Counted from the stretch's first letter, positions 14,748 to 21,717 are shown. The stretch is 24,000 nucleotides of DNA from Bdellovibrio sp. UBA4095 (GCA_002381805.1 DFXZ01000004.1:992039-1016038), one strand, 5' to 3'. The notes: generated by a model not told the origin, from the letters alone. A program made the numbers and translations.

Positions 14748-16726
14748 TGGCTCGTTTGAAAGTGCGCCTTCGCGGTCAGATTTTACACGACATAATTCTT
14801 GCGGAAGATCGCGAGTATATTGTCGGTCGCAAAGAAGATTGCGATATAGTTCTGCCTGTTGAAAAAGGGATCTCACGTGAACACATAAAGATTTCTTTTG
14901 TCGATAATTTTTGGACAGTGGAACTCGTATCTCGTTACGGAGAACTAATACATAAAGGGGAACAGTCTCCACATTTTGCTTTGGATCAAGATGGCACTTT
15001 TTCTATCCCTCCTTTTGAGTTCGACTTTTTGAAAAACTCTGAGGGACGCAAAGAGAAAGCGACAGCCAGTGCGAATCTTCCTGCGGTGACCGGAGTCCAC
15101 GAAGTGGCCTTCGGCGGAGATGATGAAAAAACGATCGTGGGCGCTCCACGGACATCGGCTTTCGTTAAAGTGACGGATCCCAACGGCGGCGTGAAGGAAA
15201 TGATTCAGCTAGATGCAGGGGACTCGTGGCTTGCTGGTCGAGATTCAACCTGTCAAATTCAGATTCACGATCAACGTGTCAGCCGCCGTCAGTTCGAATT
15301 GCGACTGGTAAATTCACAGTATGCAATCGTTGACTTGGGAAGCGTTAATGGAACTCTGGTAAACGGAAATCCAATATCAACGTCAGAGCCGTTGATACTA
15401 AAGAGCGGCGATGCAATTAGTGTTTTAGATAACTATTTTTATTTCGAGCTTCACGATGCAAATTTCCAGCGTCGGTTAGAGCTTGTGGTCGCACAACCGA
15501 TGAGCCCTTTGGTTCAGGGGCAAGATTACGGCCATTCGCCGATGACGCCAATTCCATATCCTCAACAGTATCCTGCTCCTTATCAGGCTCCCTATCCTGG
15601 GGTTGTGACAACACCTGATTCAGAGTCCGGAAGTAAGAAGTTTGATTACAAAAAAAATCGACCCAAAATTATCGCGGGTGCAATTGCACTTTTAGTTGTC
15701 GCATATTTCTTTAGCGGTGGGGAAAGTCAGCAGTCGGCAAATTCGCCTACTGGGGCATTTGCGCCGGGTTCTCCACAAGAAGTCTTTTCCAAGCTGAAGC
15801 CCGAACAGCAAGCTCTAGTTCGACAACGTTATAAAGATGCTAAGAATCTTTATATGCAGGGGAAATATCAGCTCGCCCAAGATGAGATTATTAAAATACA
15901 AGAGCTTGTTCCTGACTATGAAGACATTCGAGAAATCGAAAGACTTTCAAAAGAAGCGATTTACATTCAGGACCAGCAGCGTCGACATGAGGAGCTTGAA
16001 AAAGCTAAAGCAGAAAATGAGGCGAAGATTCAAACGCAAGTAGCCCAATGTCGAAAGATTATTAATCCTTCGATCACTGTCGCGCAAATGGACGAATGTG
16101 TAAGCCCAGTGCTGCAGTTCGGACCGGAGCATCCAGGAATTTTGGATTTACGCTCTCAAGTGGAAGCTATTGTAGCTCAGCGTGAAGCAAAAGCAGCAGA
16201 GCGTGAAGCATACCAGGAAAGGGTAGCGCGTCTGACTCACCTCTATAATAAAGCACAGAGCGTTCAGAAGAGTGGCAAGCCTTTGGATGCCATCGCGGCA
16301 TTTGAAAAAGTCGTCGAGTCAAGTCTGCCGGACCCGCACCGCTATAAAGATCAGTCTAAACGGACGATTGCTTCGATACGCTCGATGATGAACTCGAAGA
16401 CTGCGAGTTTACAAGCAGAGGCTGAAAAGTTTTATCAAGCTCAGAATCTGCGTATGGCAATTATGACTTTGCGAAAGGCGCGTCAGATTGATCCGACCAA
16501 TGATGAGTTGCCCGAGAAAATCGAACGTTACACCGTTGAACTAAGGAAACAGATGATGTCGCTTTATCAGGAAGGAATTCTTGAAGAGAGTTTTGGCAAT
16601 GTGGACGGAGGCGAGTCGCGTGCCGGAGCCAAGGATAAATGGAAAAAGATTCTTGAGCTGGATATCGCAGATGGTGAGTACTATAAAAAGGCATACATTA
16701 AGCTTAAGAAATACGGTGCTCTATGA
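14747..16726 (+). CDS. Tandem-FHA inner-membrane protein with a long periplasmic TPR/coiled-coil domain
   Basis: I prefer the ATG at 14747 (MARLKV...; GGAGGG RBS 9 nt upstream; TAATG overlap) over the GTG at 14717 in the ORF track. FHA-a is aa 1-94 (14747-15028) with VGRKED...ISREH but YG in place of NG. FHA-b is aa 138-236 (15158-15454) with AGRDS...VSRRQ...SVNG. The P/Y/Q-rich linker is PIPYPQQYPAPYQAPYPG. The TM is IIAGAIALLVVAYFF (15665-15712). About 330 aa of helical TPR-like C-terminus follow. Confidence 0.85.
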   Translation: MARLKVRLRGQILHDIILAEDREYIVGRKEDCDIVLPVEKGISREHIKISFVDNFWTVELVSRYGELIHKGEQSPHFALDQDGTFSIPPFEFDFLKNSEGRKEKATASANLPAVTGVHEVAFGGDDEKTIVGAPRTSAFVKVTDPNGGVKEMIQLDAGDSWLAGRDSTCQIQIHDQRVSRRQFELRLVNSQYAIVDLGSVNGTLVNGNPISTSEPLILKSGDAISVLDNYFYFELHDANFQRRLELVVAQPMSPLVQGQDYGHSPMTPIPYPQQYPAPYQAPYPGVVTTPDSESGSKKFDYKKNRPKIIAGAIALLVVAYFFSGGESQQSANSPTGAFAPGSPQEVFSKLKPEQQALVRQRYKDAKNLYMQGKYQLAQDEIIKIQELVPDYEDIREIERLSKEAIYIQDQQRRHEELEKAKAENEAKIQTQVAQCRKIINPSITVAQMDECVSPVLQFGPEHPGILDLRSQVEAIVAQREAKAAEREAYQERVARLTHLYNKAQSVQKSGKPLDAIAAFEKVVESSLPDPHRYKDQSKRTIASIRSMMNSKTASLQAEAEKFYQAQNLRMAIMTLRKARQIDPTNDELPEKIERYTVELRKQMMSLYQEGILEESFGNVDGGESRAGAKDKWKKILELDIADGEYYKKAYIKLKKYGAL

Positions 16727-17421
16727 TTGCGATGAAACTTCAAGAGCGATCTTACAGTACCAAGATCATCCGTCCCAAGCCTATGATTCACCAGGAAGAC
16801 GACGGCTCTCTGATCGTTCTAGCAACTGTATGGGGGCAAGCTGAGCACGGGCAAAGGGCGATAGATGAAGTGGTTAAATATGTGAATGCAGCAAAAGCGG
16901 ATGTGGAAGTAACATCACCTTTCGAGTATCTTAACTGCCTAACTGATGAGGCAAACTACGTTAGAACGGCCCTTCATATCGCCAATGACATCCTCTATCG
17001 CGGCGAAAACAGAAAAGAATATATTTCCGGCGTGGAGATCATGGCATTGTTCTGCAGAGGCAACCAGGTGGCCTGGGCTCATGTGGGATGCCCTAGTTTA
17101 TTTATTCAAAGAAGTGATCGTAGGCTGCAGCCGTTGTCCATTGGAATGGATCTTTCTTCTGAACTTAAAGAACATGACCAGATTATGGCTCCTTTGCCGG
17201 CGCAGCTATTAGGGTTAGAACCAACCTGTCATGTGCGCAGTGGCCATACTCGAATTAACAGTGGTGATCAGTTGGTTCTTCTGGGCAGTTCGTTAATTGC
17301 CAATTCTTTATTGATTCGACCTTTTGGGGAGTTCGCTCTGGCCGATATTACCAATCGGATGATTCAAGAGGAGCCTGAAAATCCATTCTGGCTTGGCCTT
17401 GTTGATTTGGCAGATAGCTAG
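16723..17421 (+). CDS. PP2C/PPM-fold protein with degenerate catalytic motifs (probable pseudophosphatase)
   Basis: 232 aa, aligned by eye to bacterial PPMs (PrpC/Stp type). Motif 1 is kept (IHQEDDG vs. xHNEDD). Motif 2 is LATVWGQAEHG instead of VADGMGGH (Asp lost). ALFCRGNQVAWAHVGCPSLF replaces ALxxxxxxxxAxxGDSRxY. GDQLVLLGSSL replaces GDxLLLCSDGL (Asp lost). PENPF replaces GxDNxT. The start overlaps the upstream stop (ATGA). Confidence 0.65.
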   Translation: MIAMKLQERSYSTKIIRPKPMIHQEDDGSLIVLATVWGQAEHGQRAIDEVVKYVNAAKADVEVTSPFEYLNCLTDEANYVRTALHIANDILYRGENRKEYISGVEIMALFCRGNQVAWAHVGCPSLFIQRSDRRLQPLSIGMDLSSELKEHDQIMAPLPAQLLGLEPTCHVRSGHTRINSGDQLVLLGSSLIANSLLIRPFGEFALADITNRMIQEEPENPFWLGLVDLADS

Positions 17422-19226
17422 TTTTCATGTGCAGAGACGGAACGATAAACTTGTGCTCGAAGACGAGAATACTCCGGCAAATTCAACGCCAACTCGGTTC
17501 GTGAAGGCGCAAAAATATTATCTCTGTTGGTGTCCCAAATCATTCCGGCAGCTATATTCACACGCTGAATTTCTTGATCCAGAAGATAATTCCGAAATGA
17601 CCGTTCGAAGCGCACTCGTTGAGCCTCTTTGGAAAGCCCACGAATATCGGCACGAACCCAGTCAATGAGCTCAAGAAACAGCGGATCGCTACAGGCTTTT
17701 AGCTGTGGGGTATCTATTTCTTTGGCCTGCAGAAGTAAAAAGCAGCTATCGTCTATTTTAGCCTTTTTATTCTTTAGATTGCGGTCCGCAATGTAAAGCC
17801 ATGAGGATATTTTATGCTTGGTGCCCAGTTCGCGCAGTACGGCCCAATCTCGACGGTTCAGTGCGATCTGTGCCGTCCAGTTTAAAAGATCTAAACTTCT
17901 GGGTTGAAAATTACTCAACCTGTGCAGTGAGCTCAAAAGATGTCGCTCCTGATCTGGCTTCATCCAAGTAGGGAAAGAGATGCTTAATTTCGTGCTCCAT
18001 TCGCGGGGAAGGCTCGGAAAGGGAGTCATTTTATTTTTTTGTAACAGATGCTGTAGTCGAGTGGTCGTCGGCAGGATGCTCTCTTGAAGTAGTGGAAGTG
18101 GGTTTACTTCGAATCGATCGACAAGTGTATTGTATAGTCGGGGAGACTCGTCATTAATAAAGAGAACATGTTGGGCCAGTCCGGCAGTGCGTAGCGGTCC
18201 GGCTTTTCGCCATAGTGCCCAACCTGATTCAAGAAGAATGGGACGGTTCTCTGAAAAAGTAAGCTCTGGAGATTTAAGAGCCCCCAGAAGTGAGTGAGAG
18301 GGAAAGTCAACATTATCATTTTCGACGATAGGTTGTCCCAGAAGATCAAAAAGTGTCCTGCCAACATCCACTAAAGTTACGTTCTGATCGATCTTCCAGT
18401 GTATTGCTTCGTCGCGCTTTTTTTGCGCGGGCTTAATAAATAGTGCGACCTGGGTATTTTCACCGTGCAGATTGAGCGGAGCTATTTCGCGATCGCGAGT
18501 GGAAGTGGTATGCCCATTTAGTCCTGTTAGGATAATGGTTGTATTATCCCAGCGATTACTTTTTTTAAGCACTGAAAAAAGACCGAAAAGGGATTCGTCA
18601 AGTTCATCTCGTTGGCTTTCGAAGCTTAAGTTTCGTGTGTCACCAAGTTCGGACACCGTTTCGGTCGTCGTAAAAACCAGATCAGGGATATAGATGAAGC
18701 TGAAAAAGGGGCTTTTAGTGCTTTCTTCCGATACCCATTGCAAAAAAAGCTCTGCGTTTCTTTGAAAGGGGCGATAGAGACTGGAAAATGTCGGGATGAT
18801 GTTGTCTTCGTAAAGTTCAAATCCTTGGTTCAAGCCACTACGACGAAAGACGGGCGCTCCGCCCGAAAAGAAACTCGTTCGATAGTTTTTTTGAATGGCC
18901 ACTTCCGAGGCGAGTTCAAACTCCGCCTCTAGTCCTGGCCCACCATTGTTGCGAACTTTATGTTGGTATGGGTAAAGACCCGTCAGAATAGAAGCAAGCG
19001 CCGGTACAGAAAGGGTGGATGGAGTAAAGGCATGTGTAAACCTTACCGATTCTTTACAAAGGATGTGAAATCCAGAACGTTCATTGATTTCTCGATGGCA
19101 TGGCACGTCGCCAATGGTCAGTTCATCCACCGCAATAACCAATATCGAGCTTCTGTCGTTTGATTGACAGGAAAGCTGGACCAAGCTCAGTAGAATGAAA
19201 AGTGCGGCAAAAATGATTTTCGGCAT
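17418..19226 (-). CDS. Sulfatase/alkaline-phosphatase-superfamily exported protein with a non-canonical nucleophile motif and a ~250-aa helical C-terminal extension
   Basis: 602 aa with an N-terminal signal sequence (IIFAALFILLSLVQLSC). The sulfatase-type N-terminal block is ILVIAVDEL...FTPSTLSVPALASILTGLYPYQHKV. The (C/S)xPxR position reads SVPAL (nt 18996-19010), so the Arg is absent. Confidence 0.8.
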   Translation of the reverse strand: MPKIIFAALFILLSLVQLSCQSNDRSSILVIAVDELTIGDVPCHREINERSGFHILCKESVRFTHAFTPSTLSVPALASILTGLYPYQHKVRNNGGPGLEAEFELASEVAIQKNYRTSFFSGGAPVFRRSGLNQGFELYEDNIIPTFSSLYRPFQRNAELFLQWVSEESTKSPFFSFIYIPDLVFTTTETVSELGDTRNLSFESQRDELDESLFGLFSVLKKSNRWDNTTIILTGLNGHTTSTRDREIAPLNLHGENTQVALFIKPAQKKRDEAIHWKIDQNVTLVDVGRTLFDLLGQPIVENDNVDFPSHSLLGALKSPELTFSENRPILLESGWALWRKAGPLRTAGLAQHVLFINDESPRLYNTLVDRFEVNPLPLLQESILPTTTRLQHLLQKNKMTPFPSLPREWSTKLSISFPTWMKPDQERHLLSSLHRLSNFQPRSLDLLNWTAQIALNRRDWAVLRELGTKHKISSWLYIADRNLKNKKAKIDDSCFLLLQAKEIDTPQLKACSDPLFLELIDWVRADIRGLSKEAQRVRFERSFRNYLLDQEIQRVNIAAGMIWDTNRDNIFAPSRTELALNLPEYSRLRAQVYRSVSAHEN

Positions 19227-19229
19227 ACC

Positions 19230-19259
19230 TTGACCGGATCTAATGGTTTTAGTGATAAT
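19230..19259 (+). promoter_or_regulatory. Candidate sigma70-type promoter for exbB-exbD
   Basis: TTGACC (19230-19235), N18, GATAAT (19254-19259), about 40 nt upstream of the RBS-supported ATG at 19303. Confidence 0.4.
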
Positions 19260-19302
19260 GAATCAATTAATTTGTTCAGTCAAAGATTTGGAGGATCTCT
19301 TC

Positions 19303-19932
19303 ATGCTCACGGAAAAAATATTTACAGTTGCACACTTGATCGATCAAGCTGTCTTGTGGGTCCTGCTTGTGCTCAGTGTGTTGAGCATTGGAATGATTCT
19401 AGAGCGTTTTTTTGCTCTCAGAAAAGTTTCTGCGGAATCGCAGAGAGTTCGGGCAAAAATAAAAATTGCTTTGCAAAGCAATAGTGTCGAAGACGTCGAA
19501 GACCTTTCTAAAGATCCTAATTCACTGGAAGGAAGAGCGGCGAGTTATGCACTGAAACACATGAGAACTTCGGGAAGCAAAGGTCTTTCAGAAATCTTCA
19601 ATACGTTTGCATTGACTGAAAAGCCCGAGTTGGAAAGATTTTTGGGGTTTCTTGCGACAGTGGGATCGAACGCTCCTTATATTGGGTTGTTTGGAACAGT
19701 GCTAGGAATTATGAAAGCATTTAATGATTTGGCATTGGCACCGGAAGCTGGTCAGCAAACAGTGATGGCCGGTATTTCAATGGCCCTCGTAGCGACTGCT
19801 GCCGGACTGTTCGTGGCGATTCCGGCCGTTATTTTCTATAACTATTATAGCAAACAGGTACGGGGCATCTTTAATAGTTTGGAAAGCGTGAAAGAACTTT
19901 GCTTGGCATACGCTAAGAAAAAAGGTGTTTAA
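19303..19932 (+). CDS. exbB: MotA/TolQ/ExbB-family proton-channel protein
   Basis: I prefer the start at 19303 (MLTEKIF...; GGAGGA RBS at 19290-19295). The ORF-track start at 19243 lies upstream of the candidate promoter's -10. There are three TMs, and the conserved segment is GSNAPYIGLFGTVLGIMKAF...GISMALVATAAGLFVAIPAVIFYNY. No tolA-tolB-pal follows, so I label it exbB rather than tolQ, tentatively. Confidence 0.88.
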   Translation: MLTEKIFTVAHLIDQAVLWVLLVLSVLSIGMILERFFALRKVSAESQRVRAKIKIALQSNSVEDVEDLSKDPNSLEGRAASYALKHMRTSGSKGLSEIFNTFALTEKPELERFLGFLATVGSNAPYIGLFGTVLGIMKAFNDLALAPEAGQQTVMAGISMALVATAAGLFVAIPAVIFYNYYSKQVRGIFNSLESVKELCLAYAKKKGV

Positions 19933-19934
19933 GA

Positions 19935-20339
19935 ATGGCTATGAATACTGGAGATAACAACGAGGCGATAGCCGATATCAATGTGGTCCCACTCGTAGAT
20001 ATTATTCTAGTGGTCCTCATTATTTTCATGGTTACAGCACCTATGTTTATGAAGCCAACTATCAACGTGAATCTGCCTAAAGCAGCCAGCGGTGACCAGA
20101 CAGCTCCCAGTAAGCTGAACATAGCTCTTACGCCAGATGGACGAATCAACCTTAATGGAGCATTCGTAAGCGAAGAAGAAGTTCTTGCTAGGGCGACAGA
20201 AGAAGTTGGAAAAAATACCGAAGTTCAAGCGATCATTTCTGCGGATAAAGAGGTCCCTCATGGTCGGGTAGTCGGTGTGCTCGACATCGTGAAAGGCGCG
20301 GGCGTAAAAAAGTTCGCGATAAGTATCGATAAAAAGTAG
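19935..20339 (+). CDS. exbD: ExbD/TolR-family protein
   Basis: 134 aa. The N-terminal TM carries the conserved Asp (INVVPLVDIILVVLIIFMVTAP), followed by a periplasmic domain. It begins 3 nt after the exbB stop. Confidence 0.9.
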   Translation: MAMNTGDNNEAIADINVVPLVDIILVVLIIFMVTAPMFMKPTINVNLPKAASGDQTAPSKLNIALTPDGRINLNGAFVSEEEVLARATEEVGKNTEVQAIISADKEVPHGRVVGVLDIVKGAGVKKFAISIDKK

Positions 20340-20413
20340 ACCTAAGTCTGATCTGCCTGATGATCTCATTTTGACACAGCTAAAGTCCTGCGTGCAAAAG
20401 CCGATCAAAAGGC

Positions 20414-20914
20414 ATGTCTTTTTCTCAACCCAAGCAAAACCATTTTATCTTTGTTACCCTTGTTCTCGTTTTGATGATGGGTGCGCCAACGTTTTTTTCT
20501 TTAACGGATGATAGCGACTTCGCAGAGGCGACAGAGCCAACGTCAATGACCGTTCAAGCTGCAAGATCCCCAGCTAGTCTGCCGCCGATCTCTCCAGTAA
20601 GTAAAGAAAGAAACCTAGGTCGTTTCTTTAACTATGATCTTAGCTGCGCCAAAAAAATGGGTGGTGCTCCTTTGGAAATCCACGGAAACTTTGTTCAGCT
20701 CCAGGGAAAGTCCTGTTTAAGCAAAGGGCAGCGTCAACAAGTTGAAATTATCAATAAAACCAATGGCTACACGGCTTCCATCTTTGAAAGTGGGACTGAC
20801 AAATATCAAACCGACCTAATTCAGTTGGCGGATGGCGAAAACGAAATTTCTGTGCGCTATCGTGAGGCCTCCGGAAAAACTGTTGAATCCGTTATTTTAA
20901 TCCGCTCAATATAA
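20414..20914 (+). CDS. Hypothetical N-terminally anchored periplasmic protein in the position where tonB would be expected
   Basis: 166 aa. It has a TM (HFIFVTLVLVLMMGAPTFFSL), a short P/S-rich spacer (SPASLPPISPVS), and a beta-rich ~100-aa C-terminal domain (GENEISVRYREASGKTVESVILIRS). I see no TonB C-terminal motif. Confidence 0.6.
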   Translation: MSFSQPKQNHFIFVTLVLVLMMGAPTFFSLTDDSDFAEATEPTSMTVQAARSPASLPPISPVSKERNLGRFFNYDLSCAKKMGGAPLEIHGNFVQLQGKSCLSKGQRQQVEIINKTNGYTASIFESGTDKYQTDLIQLADGENEISVRYREASGKTVESVILIRSI

Positions 20915-20953
20915 GTCTACCTGAGTAATTCCAAAGCCTTAATGCAGATTGCT

Positions 20954-20982
20954 AAGGAAAATCAATTAAATTGATATTCCTT
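20954..20982. promoter_or_regulatory. 29-nt imperfect inverted repeat AAGGAA-a-ATCAATT-a-AATTGAT-a-TTCCTT
   Basis: Read directly. It has 6+7 bp arms with one A:A mismatch. Its 3' half overlaps a possible promoter: TTGATA (20971-20976), N17, TAACTT (20994-20999), upstream of the ORF at 21025. Confidence 0.35.
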
Positions 20983-21024
20983 CCGTGAGCCTTTAACTTA
21001 GCGGCCATCGTGGGTTAGGGTGAG

Positions 21025-21690
21025 ATGATACTTGAAGGATTTATACAGGCAGTGGATTTAAAGAAGCGTTCGGACATACATTATGCTCGTAAGATCTGGC
21101 ATATGACCGGAGTGTTCGGGATGTTCCTGGCTTACGTTTATCTACCTTCTGCTGTTTCAATGTCCATACTTGTAGTTGCCTGGAGTCTCTTCGTTCCTTT
21201 TGATTTTCTTCGCCACCGGCACGCGGGACTTAATGACTGGGCGATTCATGCGTTTAAGCCCATCATGCGACAAAGTGAAGTTCGCAAGTTAGCGGGGACA
21301 ACTTATCTTCTAAGTGGTGTGTTAATTGTTGATATTCTTTTCCCCCAGCCCGTCGTTGCTCTGACCCTTCTTTTTTTGGCTTTTGCGGATCCCATCGCCA
21401 GTTATTTCGGAATTCTTTATGGGAAAGACAAAATATTTGGCCACAAATCAATTCAGGGTTTTATGGCCGCGTTTTTCGTTTGTGCCTTTTTAACCTTCGT
21501 CTTTTTGGCATTTCACAATTATTTGCGTGAACGTTTGATCGTCGTCAGCTTGTTGGCTGGCCTAGTGGGTGCTTTCGCAGAGCTCATACCTATTGGCAAA
21601 TTGGATGACAATCTTACTCTGCCAGTGATCAGTGCCGTAGGCCTTTCCCTGCTCTTTTATTTCTTTGGTTTTTTCGCTAATGTCGGATAA
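21025..21690 (+). CDS. Polytopic CTP-dependent lipid kinase / cytidylyltransferase-family protein (dolichol/phytol/DAG-kinase-like)
   Basis: 221 aa with about 6 TMs. The motif FADPIASYFGILYGKDKIFGHKSIQGFMAAFFV matches the DxxAxxxGxxxGxxxxxxKSxxG signature of the CTP_transf_1 / SEC59-DGK1-VTE5 group. Confidence 0.7.
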   Translation: MILEGFIQAVDLKKRSDIHYARKIWHMTGVFGMFLAYVYLPSAVSMSILVVAWSLFVPFDFLRHRHAGLNDWAIHAFKPIMRQSEVRKLAGTTYLLSGVLIVDILFPQPVVALTLLFLAFADPIASYFGILYGKDKIFGHKSIQGFMAAFFVCAFLTFVFLAFHNYLRERLIVVSLLAGLVGAFAELIPIGKLDDNLTLPVISAVGLSLLFYFFGFFANVG

Positions 21691-21717
21691 GTTCATGTTG
21701 TCTCTTTAAGAAGACTC

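Noticed and set aside
10750-17421. Interpreting the FHA/PP2C-like operon as an anti-phage defence island or toxin-antitoxin system
   Set aside because: There is no nuclease, NTPase/STAND, TIR, Sir2, methylase, integrase or mobile-element hallmark. The flanking genes are core housekeeping genes with tight packing. The membrane-scaffold architecture fits an envelope machine better.
17418-19226. Calling the sulfatase-like protein a lipoprotein on the basis of LVQLSC
   Set aside because: Q-L-S-C does not fit the L-[AS]-[GA]-C lipobox well, because of the Gln at -3. It is equally compatible with an ordinary signal peptide or anchor, so I make no lipoprotein call.
19243-19302. The ORF-track start at 19243 for exbB
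   Set aside because: The ATG at 19303 has a GGAGGA RBS. The upstream 20 codons (MVLVIMNQLICSVKDLEDLF) precede the conserved ExbB N-terminus and cover the candidate TTGACC-N18-GATAAT promoter.
20007-20408. Minus-strand 133-aa ORF opposite exbD
   Set aside because: It is antisense to a clearly conserved ExbD/TolR gene, and the translation has no recognisable features.
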